Under the pieces are notes generated by a model. The model ran no database searches. It saw nothing but the letters and a program-made list of their open reading frames with translations, and had not been told where the DNA came from. This document shows positions 26,750-39,120 of a stretch of DNA of 64,000 nucleotides, one piece after another. The position numbers and the translations under genes are program-made. Numbering within the stretch: the first letter of the stretch is position 1; every line of letters begins with the position of its first letter. Source of the stretch: Zancudomyces culisetae HAW-14-8 (taxonomy: Eukaryota; Fungi; Kickxellomycota); assembly GCA_052426225.1 (NCBI GenBank), contig JBNJNM010000023.1:992001-1056000 (forward strand). The letters run 5' to 3'.

Positions 26750-27808
26750 GGTTGTTTAACATTTAAATCATTTTTCAAAATTTGGTATTCTTTTGTTTGT
26801 TAAATAAATAAATAGCAATCATTTTAATTTAACATATAATAAAGACGTTGGAAATAGTAAACAGTATACGTTAAATACCACACCATTACTACTGAAATTC
26901 AGGCGTTGCAATAAAAACAATTGATGATAAAAATTCAATGTACTGCTTTTTATTTAAAGTATCCTGTATTTTCAATCAAGTTAGTTGTAAAATCAATCTA
27001 TGATTATTTTCCTAATAAAGGGATAATCCCATAAAACTCCAATATCAAATCTATGTCAATGTGTGGGATATTAAACCACATAATTAAAGCTTTGATTTTT
27101 TTTATCTACCCAGTCATAAATAAATCTAATCAATAAAAAGCTTACGGGTAGTTACACTTCAAATATGTAAAAACAAAGAGTAATCCAATAGAGGATGTTG
27201 CACGGTTTCTACAAAGTTGTGTAAGTATAAATTTGATCTGAATTAACGGACTTGTAAATCTACAAAGCACCCAACTGGGCAATTGTTCTGAATACAAAAC
27301 ATAATGCACTTTTAGTTTCTCGCACCTCGCCCAGTCTTTCAGATACAGAACGGAGCGCTGCACAGCACCTGTTAGATTCGACATAGAAGGAGCCTATGGG
27401 GGCTACAAATCCATGATGGTAATATAATTCAATTCTCAGTCTTTTACCTAAGCGTTTGAGTCTGTCCTCGTGATCCACCTCATTAAAGTTTGATTCCGAG
27501 ACAAGTTATTAAACTATTGCATATAAATCTTAGTTATGTGCATTTTTTACACTGTGACCAAAAGTTGAGCTAAGTATCAGAGGGTTAGGACTATTGAATT
27601 GATCATTTTCGGGTATTTCCTTTCATTTATTCTACTGCAGTTTAATCTTTGACTTTTAATGGGAATTGATATAGGGATTCTTTAATTCTTGATACTGGAA
27701 AAGTTAAGAATAATAATGGTAAATGAAGGATACTATGTCCAACCTGTGACAGATATATGAAAAAAGTATGAACAAGCGAAACAAAATCGCGAGCTAAAAA
27801 AGCAAGGC

Positions 27809-28634
27809 GTGTCAGTCAGTTCTGTATCACAGCTTAGAAAAAATGTAAAAGCAGCCACGAATACAGCAAAGATAAATAACCGGACAGGAATGAAAAAGAT
27901 AACTCAGAAAAAGAAGGTGGTCAAAACTGAAGACGGGTTATTAGAGATAGATTTGGGTATTTCCAGTTTGCAGGATTTATTTGTTCGAGTAATCGGGAAA
28001 CATATAAAGGATGTCACATCATTTGGAGATATCTCTTCAGATGCCATGAATAAAGTGTGTAGGATTATTAGTAAATATCGGCTTTTGGATAACGACACAC
28101 TTCAGCTCTTCTTAACACCAACGCAGGAACAAAGAACAGACCTAGTGTTGTATGACTGCACAAAAATAGATGCGAATGGGTTATTGAGATTTTATGATTC
28201 TGCTAGTGGAAAACGAATTAAGCGGTTTTTCACTCGTTCATTTGGATTTGGGTGGAGTTTACAATCTTGGTGACAATACTTTAATTTCCATTCTCAGGCA
28301 TTCTAACTCTACAATATTTGAGTCTACACTCTGTAACCAAATTTTAGCAACTAATGGCCTTTCTGCCTTTTCTGGTACTTTTCTTTTCAGTACAGACGAG
28401 GATAATAATAGCAGCAAAGATAAAAATAGCACAGGCACAAACAATTCTCAACTGAAAACACCACCGACAGTTACTCTTCCAACATGCAAAAACCTACACA
28501 CACCAAACCTTTCATTTGTAAGGTCTACTGATCACTCTGCCATACCCACTCTCTTCTCTAATAGTCCTAGCTTATCTACAATGTTTATGAATAGGAAACC
28601 CGAAAGCCATCCCACTAACTTCTTAGTCTGATTG
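27809..28634 (+). pseudogene. RAD7: Degenerate RAD7/rhp7 (NER leucine-rich repeat protein) fragment
   Basis: SLQDLFVRVIGKHIKDVTSFGDI...ISKYRLLDNDTLQLFL...LVLYDCTKI matches Rad7. A frame change near 28190 leads into LRR-like LVHLDLGGVYNLGDNTL. No clear ATG, and most LRRs are missing. Confidence 0.7.
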
Positions 28635-30034
28635 GTCGCGAACCTGGTAGTTTTTAACCGAGATTTATTGTTCTTCCTACCATGTTGGCCATCTATTAAT
28701 ATGTATAGCATTTTATATTTGGTGGGTTTCCGAATTTTAGTTATACCTAATAATGTGTTAATTTATTCAAAATTCCTATACAATATCTTAGATTCCAAAG
28801 TAGTATCCGTAAAAATTAGCGAACAAATCTATTCATTTTGGGGTTTATTGAACTGTGGATATGTTAGGTTTCCAAAGTTGAAATTATTTGATGAAAATGA
28901 TGAAATTCAGTGGAGAATACATTTAATTGTATTTGGATTAAGATTTATAACAATTACAACTATTAGCTTATTTTTTAATTAAAAATTTTTATAAAAATAT
29001 ATAGCATATTGTAATTTAGAACAAGGTTAAAGACTCGGATTTATATAAAATTACTCCAAGCAATTACGACTAGTTGGTATAAAATAACTCGCTTAGTTTG
29101 TTAAAAGTCTGTTGGCTATGCATATTTTGCTTTACAAAATAGCTTAGGTAACATTTGCTAGAAACCAAAAATAGAGCAAATTCTATGATTTTTAACATTA
29201 CTTCACGTAGTCCCATCCCGAGTTTCTATTTTTGTTTATCTTACCAAGGTTCTAATGATATAAAATGACAGTATGAAGAATTTAGTAATCCTGTTCAGTC
29301 GAAACAGTATTCAGAGCAAAATTAGGCTGTTGTTGGTGTTTTTAAAAACGCCACTTACAGTTGAATGCAAGTAAGCAACTGAACTCGATATTATCATATT
29401 AAGCGGAAAGGCTCTTGTTTTAGTATGGCATCACATATTTACTTGATAGAGGTGTTCATCTTTATAACTTATGAGGTTTTGTTATATTATTACTATCTAG
29501 AAATAGAATCAGTAGGTCTACATAAAATTAGACAAATGTGATTGCTATAAGAAATGGGTGATAATGCACTAAAAATATTTAAAATAAGAGGTTGTGTAAG
29601 TCATGGTTAACTATTTGCTAAGATTGGTTCAAATCATTAGATCGGCCAACGGAACAAGTCTTTTTAAATAAAGTGTTAAAGGTCATTACGTTTATGTCAA
29701 TTAGTTACATAATAAACTTTAATATAATGAACTTTTCATCTCTCCGAATCTAAAAAAAGATTTACTTTTCTATACTATTTATATTCACAACTGAAAATAG
29801 AAAGATCTAAATATACACTAAACAGGACTGTAGTTGTTATGGTTAATTATTTTTTAAAAAAGACACGAGAAATGTGTAGGAATTAAAATAAAATTAATAC
29901 AAAGTAGTATATTACAGAAAGTTGTATATAAATCAACGCTATCTACCGATAAACACAATCACAATTCATAGTCATCAATAAATACATCTACTATTAATAC
30001 ATCTTTAACTGCAAAAATAAATTAAAAAATAAAA

Positions 30035-33000
30035 ATGAGACCAAGTGTATATACTGCATCCATATCATTGATAGTAGCTAATCTGCTCTCACCAATAGTG
30101 GGAGCATCCACATCGGCTGGAACTGGAAATGTTAACTGTTCTGATTCGATCAGCCAAATTGAAATTGCACAAGGATCTGGCGATAGTTCAGTTATCAACT
30201 ACAATTGGGATAGCGCTATTGACGTTTCTTGCCCATCCCAGGACTATCTTGTTACATTTGATGTCGATCAAACTTCAGATATATATTTTGCAATTAGCAC
30301 ACAAAAATCTTTGCTTACTGGTGAGGAGGTTATTGAAGGTGTAATCGGTGTAAATACTGGTTCATGGTATGTTGGATCTTCGGTATATGTCGCACAAACA
30401 GATATCGCCTCAGGAGCAGCAGATACTCAAAAAGTATATGTTCAGGTTAGCAGTTCAGGTATTGGAATTGGGTTAGTAGGAAGTAGCAAACCAATTTTGA
30501 CAATTTCATCAGCAGATTATGATGCCAGCGCATTCATTAACTCATATGATGTATGGCTTGCATTCAGTGCCGAGAGGGATTCAGCCAAAATCCAAAATAT
30601 AGAGTATAACTGTAATGATTCTACTTGTGAAAACCCATCATCAACCAGCTCAACACCATCAACTCTATCAACCAGCTCAACCCCATCAACCAGCTCAACA
30701 CCATCAACCCCATCAGCCAGCTCAACTAGTTCAACCAGCTCAACCCCATCAACATCATCAACATCATCAACCTCATCAACCAGCTCAACCCCATCAACCA
30801 GCTCAACCCCATCAACCAGCTCAACCAGCTCAACCAGCTCAACCAGCTCAACCAGCTCAACCAGCTCAACCAGCTCAACCAGCTCAACCAGCTCAACCAG
30901 CTCAACCAGCTCAACCAGCTCAACCAGCTCAACCAGCTCAACCAGCTCAACCAGCTCAACCCCATCAACCAGCTCAACCCCATCAACCAGCTCCACTCCA
31001 TCAACTCCATCAACCAGCTCAACCCCATCAACATCATCAACTCCATCAACCAGCTCAACCCCATCAACCAGCTCAACCCCATCAACCAGCTCAACCCCAT
31101 CAACATCATCAACATCATCAACATCATCAACTAGCTCAACCCCATCAACTCCATCAACCAGCTCCACACCATCAACCAGCTCAACACCATCAACCAGCTC
31201 AACCCCATCAACCCCATCAACTCCATCAACCAGCTCAACCCCATCAACTAGCTCAACCCCATCAACTCCATCAACCAGCTCAACCCCATCAACCAGCTCA
31301 ACCAGCTCAACCAGCTCAACCAGCTCAACCCCATCAACCCCATCAACATCATCAACTCCATCAACCAGCTCAACCAGCTCAACCCCATCAACCAGCTCCA
31401 CTCCATCAACTCCATCAACCAGCTCAACCCCATCAACATCATCAACTCCATCAACCAGCTCAACCCCATCAACCAGCTCAACCCCATCAACCAGCTCAAC
31501 CCCATCAACCAGCTCAACCCCATCAACCAGCTCAACCCCATCAACCAGCTCAACCCCATCAACATCATCAACATCATCAACACCATCAATCAGCTCAACC
31601 CCATCAACTCCATCAACCAGCTCAACTCCATCAACCAGCTCAACACCATCAACCAGCTCAACCCCATCAACATCATCAACTCCATCAACCAGCTCAACCC
31701 CATCAACCAGCTCAACCCCATCAACCAGCTCAACACCATCAACATCATCAACATCATCAACATCATCAACTCCATCAACCAGCTCAACTCCATCAACCAG
31801 CTCAACCCCATCAACCAGCTCAACCCCATCAACCAGCTCAACCAGCTCAACCCCATCAACCAGCTCAACCCCATCAACCAGCTCCACTCCATCAACTCCA
31901 TCAACCAGCTCAACCCCATCAACATCATCAACTCCATCAACCAGCTCAACCCCATCAACCAGCTCAACCCCATCAACCAGCTCAACCCCATCAACCAGCT
32001 CAACCCCATCAACATCATCAACTCCATCAACCAGCTCAACTCCATCAACCAGCTCAACACCATCAACCAGCTCAACACCATCAACCAGCTCAACTCCATC
32101 AACCAGCTCAACACCATCAACCAGCTCAACCCCATCAACCAGCTCCATTCCATCAACTCCATCAACCAGCTCAACCCCATCAACATCATCAACACCATCA
32201 ATCAGCTCAACTTCATCAACCAGCTCAACCCCATCAACCAGCTCCACACCATCAGCATCATCAACACCATCAACCAGCTCAACACCATCAACCAGCTCAA
32301 CTCCATCAACCAGCTCAACCCCATCAACATCATCAACTCCATCAACCAGCTCAACTTCATCAACCAGCTCAACCCCATCAACCAGCTCCACACCATCAGC
32401 ATCATCAACACCATCAACCAGCTCAACACCATCAACCAGCTCAACACCATCAACCAGCTCAACCCCATCAACCAGCTCCATTCCATCAACTCCATCAACC
32501 AGCTCAACCCCATCAACATCATCAACACCATCAATCAGCTCAACTTCATCAACCAGCTCAACCCCATCAACCAGCTCCACACCATCAGCATCATCAACAC
32601 CATCAACCAGCTCAACTCCATCAACCAGCTCAACCCCATCAACATCATCAACTCCATCAACCAGCTCAACCCCATCAACCAGCTCCACACCATCAGCATC
32701 ATCAACACCATCAACCAGCTCAACACCATCAACCAGCTCAACTCCATCAACCAGCTCAACCCCATCAACCAGCTCAACCCCATCAACATCATCAACTCCA
32801 TCAACCAGCTCAACCCCATCAACCAGCTCAACACCATCAACCAGCTCCACTTCATCAACCAGCTCCACACCATCAACATCATCAACACCATCAACCAGCT
32901 CAACTTCATCAACCAGCTCCACACCATCAACATCATCAACACCATCAACCAGCTCAACCAGCTCAACCCCATCAACCAGCTCCACACCATCAACATCATC

Positions 33001-33766
33001 AACACCATCAACCAGCTCAACCCCATCAACATCATCAACTCCATCAACCAGCTCAACTCCATCAACCCCATCAACTCCATCAACCAGCTCAACCAGCTCA
33101 ACCCCATCAACCAGCTCAACTCCATCAACCAGCTCCACTTCATCAACCAGCTCAACCCCATCAACATCATCAACACCATCAACCAGCTCCACTTCATCAA
33201 TACCATCAACTCCATCAACCAGCTCAACCCCATCAACATCATCAACACCATCAACCAGCTCAACCCCATCAACCAGCTCCACACCATCAACCTGTGCTTC
33301 CACCTCTGTCGGTCCTAATTCTATTGTATCATCCACTAGCAAAAACAAAGACTACGATTTTGCGCATGCTCTTACAATTCCATGTGATACAAGCGACTTT
33401 GAGTTTACTGCTAGCGTCTCAACCACATCTGATTTCTTTGTTGCTCTTATGGACAGCGGCGGGTACTACAGTTCTAATGGTGTAATAGAAGCACAATTTG
33501 GTTTATCATCTGGCATCAGTTCCATCAAGAAGGGTAAATACGCTTTGGTTAAACGAAGCAAAGTTTTCACAAGAGCCGACTTACAAGACATCAAGATTGT
33601 TAGCAAGAACTCTCAGCTCCAAATATTTATCAACAATGCGCTCAAGTCCACATATAAGGTTTCCAACTTTAACATGACTTCATTGGCCATGGCATCATTC
33701 AAAGGCACTGCATCAGTTTTCAACTCAACATTCTCTTGCCAGAGTATTTCTAATTGTAGCAACTAG
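30035..33766 (+). CDS. Secreted mucin-like protein: two related Cys-bounded beta-rich domains separated by a ~880-aa (STSSTP)n stalk
   Basis: Signal peptide and an uninterrupted 1243-aa frame. N- and C-domains share C..D...T..V...SD...A...VIE...G...G. No GPI or transmembrane tail. Confidence 0.85.
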   Translation: MRPSVYTASISLIVANLLSPIVGASTSAGTGNVNCSDSISQIEIAQGSGDSSVINYNWDSAIDVSCPSQDYLVTFDVDQTSDIYFAISTQKSLLTGEEVIEGVIGVNTGSWYVGSSVYVAQTDIASGAADTQKVYVQVSSSGIGIGLVGSSKPILTISSADYDASAFINSYDVWLAFSAERDSAKIQNIEYNCNDSTCENPSSTSSTPSTLSTSSTPSTSSTPSTPSASSTSSTSSTPSTSSTSSTSSTSSTPSTSSTPSTSSTSSTSSTSSTSSTSSTSSTSSTSSTSSTSSTSSTSSTSSTSSTSSTPSTSSTPSTSSTPSTPSTSSTPSTSSTPSTSSTPSTSSTPSTSSTPSTSSTSSTSSTSSTPSTPSTSSTPSTSSTPSTSSTPSTPSTPSTSSTPSTSSTPSTPSTSSTPSTSSTSSTSSTSSTPSTPSTSSTPSTSSTSSTPSTSSTPSTPSTSSTPSTSSTPSTSSTPSTSSTPSTSSTPSTSSTPSTSSTPSTSSTPSTSSTSSTPSISSTPSTPSTSSTPSTSSTPSTSSTPSTSSTPSTSSTPSTSSTPSTSSTPSTSSTSSTSSTPSTSSTPSTSSTPSTSSTPSTSSTSSTPSTSSTPSTSSTPSTPSTSSTPSTSSTPSTSSTPSTSSTPSTSSTPSTSSTPSTSSTPSTSSTPSTSSTPSTSSTPSTSSTPSTSSTPSTSSTPSTSSIPSTPSTSSTPSTSSTPSISSTSSTSSTPSTSSTPSASSTPSTSSTPSTSSTPSTSSTPSTSSTPSTSSTSSTSSTPSTSSTPSASSTPSTSSTPSTSSTPSTSSTPSTSSIPSTPSTSSTPSTSSTPSISSTSSTSSTPSTSSTPSASSTPSTSSTPSTSSTPSTSSTPSTSSTPSTSSTPSASSTPSTSSTPSTSSTPSTSSTPSTSSTPSTSSTPSTSSTPSTSSTPSTSSTSSTSSTPSTSSTPSTSSTSSTSSTPSTSSTPSTSSTSSTPSTSSTPSTSSTPSTSSTPSTSSTPSTSSTPSTPSTPSTSSTSSTPSTSSTPSTSSTSSTSSTPSTSSTPSTSSTSSIPSTPSTSSTPSTSSTPSTSSTPSTSSTPSTCASTSVGPNSIVSSTSKNKDYDFAHALTIPCDTSDFEFTASVSTTSDFFVALMDSGGYYSSNGVIEAQFGLSSGISSIKKGKYALVKRSKVFTRADLQDIKIVSKNSQLQIFINNALKSTYKVSNFNMTSLAMASFKGTASVFNSTFSCQSISNCSN
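30635..33292 (+). repeat. Coding minisatellite built from 9-nt units (e.g. accagctca, accccatca, acatcatca)
   Basis: About 2.65 kb of 9/18-nt periodicity, including a pure (accagctca)n run near 30815-30960. Confidence 0.95.
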
Positions 33767-35566
33767 GTTTGTTTAATATTTTTTTTTGGTTACTAGGTTT
33801 TGAAAATTCCACTTTAATAAATTTTAGTAGCAAATCAATTGATTTTCTAATATTCAGCTTATCTACTTATTAGTATACGGAATGCTTCAGACTTTGGAGA
33901 AACAAATATAATTGAATGAAAAATGACGAGATAGAGCATTCAAGAATATATCACAGTATCAACACATTCAAATTCAAGACCAAATCTTATACTGATTGAA
34001 GTACATAAAACTTGAGAGAATGAGTAGTTAGAAATACCTCTTAAACCGGAGTCACATATATGTTTAATACATATTGAAAGAAGAGGCAATCCAAAATTTT
34101 ATCTTTAGTCAAGCTGCGAATAGCAATATTTTTAAATGTAGCCTGTAGAACAAGAATTATTATATGGATCAATTATGAGCATAGATATCATTGATCCAAC
34201 AACCAATGGGCAAGGCTTTCATAGCGGAATAATAAGGTGTTGATTGATAGAGTTAATAAGAGTTATGCCCTGCAAACTTGTGCTTTATTTGCATAGTAAT
34301 TCATTGCTGACAAAGAATAGCCACTGTTGTCCCGTGATGCTAGAACGCATTAAGGCCATATTTTTTGCGTAGTTTCACATTATCTAACAATATTGATGTT
34401 TAAATTGACCTACTAAACTTTTTCAATTTTACTTCATTTATGCTAAAATACTAGGCTAATTGAACCGAAAAATGTGTTTTTTGCATCTCGATAACTCAAA
34501 ATACGTATGTCTTCTCATCATTTATGGTACAGTTTACACTTTTTTTTAAAGTTCTAATTATTAATATAATCAAGCTTAATAGATAAATTATAAGCTATTG
34601 ATATCATCAACATACAAATATGTCGTGTATTCTTCATAGTTTAATGTTGAGTTAAGCCATATCCATTTTTCTGAATATATTTATAACAGAATGAATTTGA
34701 AATTTAATTTGTTAGCTTTGATTATAAAGCGTGTAACTTGCATTGACTGATTGTCTATTAGTATGTCCCCTATATTGGACCGCCGATTAATATTAGAGGA
34801 TGGAGGTAATGGTCGAGACATTATCACTTTGGTTCCGAATTTCAATGTAATTATTTGCTAAAATAAAAAAATCAACACACTTTTTTTCAAAAGAGCAGAA
34901 ATACAGGTGACTCTGTGTTTTGATTCGTTCATGGAATCATGTCTTTTTGTTATATATAATTTTTCTGGTGCACCTATATTAGTGCAACACTTTTTCTATA
35001 TTTAACTCGATTCCAAAAATAATATATCGCCTCTAGAATATTTAATAATGCGTTGTGTGTAAACTATTTCATTTACAAAACTATCTTCCCTAAACGAAGA
35101 ATTTTGTGCAATTTTAATATATAAAATGTATTGCAAATTGAGTACCCGGATTTTAAATCACCATAGTTCTGAAACCGGAGGGTATTGACCGAATAAAAAA
35201 ATCTGTTTGATTGTATTAGATAATAATTATAAAATTTGCTTATATTTTTGTTGGAACTTGTAGGACAGTCAAAAAAGTGTATAACAACAGTTGAACATGA
35301 GTCAACAGAATATCTGAGATAACTCCAAATGCACGTGTGGTTAAAAAATAAAACCATAAGGTGTCAAAATTAGAATACATTTTTCAATATATTTTTTAAT
35401 ACACTCGCTCTAGTATCACCTAAATATAGTTCAAAGTGTAGAATAACAGAATTTTTGTACCATTCTAAAATTAGATTGTTAAATGAACCATTAAAAATGA
35501 AATAAGGTCGTCGGTTTAACACTGTATTAAGAACACTGTAAAAGGTGAACTAGGATGAGGGAAAGG

Positions 35567-35573
35567 TATAAAA
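35567..35573 (+). promoter_or_regulatory. TATA box (GTATAAAA context) of Tyr/Gly peptide gene 1
   Basis: TATAAAA lies 150 nt upstream of the ATG; equivalent elements lie upstream of 44896 (near 45050) and 50030 (near 50180) on the minus strand. Confidence 0.6.
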
Positions 35574-35716
35574 GATTCAAAATATCGTTGACAAAAAGAA
35601 AAATCATCAACTATTGAAGTTTCTTCAAGTATAATCCAAATTAAAAGCATAGTCATTATAATTTATAATAAGTGCATTAGCTACATACAACGCTCATTTT
35701 ATACTAAATATCAAAA

Positions 35717-36175
35717 ATGGTAAAGTCAACACTCGCACTCCTCACAGCCACAGTTGCCACAGTATCAGTAAATGCTGCAGTTGCCCCAAGACCAAGAGCA
35801 AATGTTGGTCCTATGCAACCACCAATGGGACAAGTCCAGGACTTTGGAAGATATGCTCCACCATCTCGCCCTGCATTTAACAGACGCTTTGCTACACCAG
35901 CCTACCGCAAACGTGCTGACGAAGAGGAAGATGCCCCAGCAGAAAATGCTAGCGCAACTACTGATGCCACCCAAACTGCTGATGCTGTTACATCTGATGA
36001 CAGCTCTGCGCTAACTGTTGATGGTTCAGCAGATGGAAACAGTACAGGAAATGGAACTGATGACCGTTGGTGGTGGGGGGGATACTACGGGTACCCATAT
36101 TACGGCGGATACTACGGCTATGGCTATGGCTACGGATACCCATACTATGGCGGATATTACGGATACTACTGGTAA
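35717..36175 (+). CDS. Secreted precursor of a Tyr/Gly/Trp-rich peptide, copy 1
   Basis: Signal peptide; basic Pro-rich segment ending RKR; acidic spacer ending GNGTDDR; C-terminal WWWGGYYGYPYYGGYYGYGYGYGYPYYGGYYGYYW. Paralog at 44474-44896. Confidence 0.9.
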   Translation: MVKSTLALLTATVATVSVNAAVAPRPRANVGPMQPPMGQVQDFGRYAPPSRPAFNRRFATPAYRKRADEEEDAPAENASATTDATQTADAVTSDDSSALTVDGSADGNSTGNGTDDRWWWGGYYGYPYYGGYYGYGYGYGYPYYGGYYGYYW

Positions 36176-37825
36176 TTTGTCACATCCGAATCTCATCTTA
36201 TTCCATTTGTTCCTATAACATCGAGTTTGTAGGATTTAATTTTATTTAATTTTGTTTAAATAAAATATCCGGTAAATTTATACTAGAGGTTCAGATCCTA
36301 CCCATGTATATCAGTCAGATCCTAATCAACATTTGAATTTAAAGCAAAGTCGTAGTTTGTAGTTTAAAAATTATCCTACATTCGGATTTATCAATAATAT
36401 TTAAGCTATTAGTATCTGTAAAGAAAGAATTAATAACTTGTATCGACTGAGTATAAAACTTACTTTGAACGAGCTTTAAGTGTGTATGAGACATTAAAAT
36501 GATAAAGATATAATTGTTATTCATTTTTCTAAAGAATTATTTACCTTTGAACTATAAATATTTACATACTCGATTTGGCAATGTAGTTTTTAATTTTGAA
36601 TTATATACATAAGGTTAGTGTGCATGGAGCAACTTTATTCAAACTTGACGCTTTATCCAAACGTTAGATTATTTTACATTTAAATTACTTTTTTGAATAG
36701 TAAAGCATGGGCACGTGTTCTAAATAATTTATATAATTTTTGATAAATATCATTTCTTTCCAACATACGTGGTTTAAACGGTAAATACCATATCAATATA
36801 AAAAAGTAAAAATATATTATAACAAGAAGTGTCCATTTAAACCTAGTGAATGAATATTGGGTCTTATTGAGATATTCTTGAAAAATATACATGGCTAATT
36901 TTAAAAATCAAGCGTTTACTGTATACGTACTACTACAGTCGTTTTTTCTACATACCAAAATTCCTTCTGATCTAATAGTGAGATTAAGAAATTGCCCTAA
37001 GGTACCCTGTTTGACGTTATAATGATTAATTTTTCTTATCTGAAAGTCGTTTAATACACCAGAAAAATAGTATCTTGAAATCACTAAAATACCAAGGTAT
37101 ATCGAGAGGTTTCTTAGTGGTAATAACTTTATACGTGCAGGGTTTGAGTAGCTGGTAGAAGCAGATGGCATATGTGTAACCTACGCACATTTGTAAGCTT
37201 TTTTGATTTTAGGGAGAGTTTGTAAGCAGATTTCTCTAGTCTAGTCTGGTCAAGTATCTTGTGTTCTATGATATAAGATCTAAATAACACAATTACTTGG
37301 TAAACTATATTCTTGCTGGAAACTAAAATATTACCAAATGAATTCCATGTTATTTATTATGATAACAACCAAAAATAGGAATAAATTTCCAATCACAAAA
37401 TAAAGAAAATATTCAGATCAAAAATCTTAAAAAATTTATAATGGAATAAGAATAGAAAAAGTGTTTAATAATATCAGTATATTTAATATAGCTAAAAATT
37501 ATTTAATTGACCAAGGAAAATGAGACTGGCTATGTGGACGACTACAAACTTATTATGAAGTAATAACGGATATAATAAACATTTATAGGTAAGTTTTATA
37601 ATAGTTTTAACTGTACCAAATAGCAATATCAAAAGCAGGAAAAATTTCATTAGGAGTCTCTTTAACTCTTTTGGTGATTATAAAGAATATTGTAAACAAG
37701 GAATCTGCTTAAAAAAATGTTGATTAAAGAATTACAGGCTATAAGGATAATGTCGTGTGGATCCCGATACATAAATTGATTCAACAATTTCAAATAATAT
37801 TTAAATTACTTATTAAACAATCAAC

Positions 37826-38147
37826 TAATATGTTTAGTTGAATGAAATGAAAACTTATTATTATTATGCGAACATCCAGATACAATTATGTGTGTACCAA
37901 TCTTTATTATAAATCGAAAATTCTTTCCTAGATACTATTTTTATCGATTAATCCATTACCTTAAAATTTGGTAAAAAATTAAATCGATAAAAAGAGTGTT
38001 TAAATTTAGAAACTTTATACGTAATGATGTGTGTAATGACAGACATCACTGTATAATTTTTATAAAATAAGTAAAACTAACTAAATAAAATAAATTTAAA
38101 CCATATATAAACTGATGTCCCCTGTTTCCTGATGAATCTTTACCATC
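37826..38147 (+). repeat. Left inverted terminal repeat of the DIRS element
   Basis: Reverse complement of 42069-42390; I noticed one mismatch (agatacaatt vs agataaaatt). Confidence 0.93.
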
Positions 38148-38224
38148 TTTTCTTTCGCTAGGTACTCAACCAGCTTATAAAAAATACATAGTATTTATAA
38201 AAGTCATTAGTTAAATTTTCAATA

Positions 38225-39106
38225 ATGAGTCAAAATGCAAACGTTACAGTTGAAGTTTTGCAACAGATTTTGGAGAGATTATCAGCTCTTGAAAAACAAA
38301 CCGCACCAAATGATCACATGTCAGTATCAGAAATCAGTGATTCAGCAAACATCACTGCTCCATCAATCGTTGATGCAGTCGACGATGATTCAGTTGAAAA
38401 CTTCGTGGTTGCCAGACCAACACCATCAGACCTGGTCATGTATCCAAAACTGCAAAAGGCGCTACCAACAGTTGAACAGGATTTCTTTTGGACACCACTG
38501 GCAGATGTCGAACGCAAGAAGTTTTACGCAGCCATCCCAAGAAACTCTGGCATGGATTATGAACCACCAGAGGAAAACATCAAGTTATCAGGTGACAATA
38601 AACGTACTGATGCGATGTTATATGACATCCAGTACCGTTTATCAGCCGTTACAAGACCTTTGGATTACTTCATGCACGAAGCAATCCGTGACGGAGGTGC
38701 AGTCAGTGCCGAAAAACTTGCAGTTTTTATCAACTCAATCAGAGTTTTACTTGCGGATGTTGCATCCAATATCACGCAACAAAGAATCAAACTGTCGTAC
38801 AAAGCCTCAGGAGTACCATCAGATCCTCCAGAAATGGTTTCAACATCAAGGAAGCCTCTCGTGGACATACAGCAGATGCTCGAAGTTAAAGCAGCTGCAA
38901 ATACATTGCAGCGTGCAACAAAAAATGTGCAGCAGAGAAGACCAAGATTCAACGCAACCAGGACCTTCCCAAGCATTCCGTTTCAGCCATCAGTTAACCA
39001 GAATGTTCAAGCAGAGCCGCAGCAGATCCAACAACAACGACAACACAAATCCGCTGCTACTGGCGGTAATTTTCGGTTTGCAAACAGCAGCAAACACCGA
39101 AAGTAG
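38225..39106 (+). CDS. DIRS gag-like ORF1
   Basis: First ORF after the left ITR; D..LYDIQYRLSAVTRPLD segment and Gln-rich tail; directly precedes the VGGRL start of pol. Confidence 0.78.
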   Translation: MSQNANVTVEVLQQILERLSALEKQTAPNDHMSVSEISDSANITAPSIVDAVDDDSVENFVVARPTPSDLVMYPKLQKALPTVEQDFFWTPLADVERKKFYAAIPRNSGMDYEPPEENIKLSGDNKRTDAMLYDIQYRLSAVTRPLDYFMHEAIRDGGAVSAEKLAVFINSIRVLLADVASNITQQRIKLSYKASGVPSDPPEMVSTSRKPLVDIQQMLEVKAAANTLQRATKNVQQRRPRFNATRTFPSIPFQPSVNQNVQAEPQQIQQQRQHKSAATGGNFRFANSSKHRK

Positions 39107-39120
39107 GAGGGAGACTGAGG

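Noticed and set aside
27142-27480. Locally GC-richer patch with short ORFs on both strands
   Set aside because: Possibly a decayed gene or TE fragment, but no recognisable motif in the frames I read.
30517-33485. 943-aa (VDGVEL)n antisense ORF, 956-aa (HQPAQP)n ORF and the MLMGLSW ORFs
   Set aside because: Stop-free shadows of the 9-nt coding repeat. Only the 30035 frame has a signal peptide and unique flanking domains.
34150-34360. DPTTNGQ, reminiscent of the retroviral integrase HPQTNG motif
   Set aside because: Isolated short match in a frame closed by nearby stops; no other integrase motifs seen.
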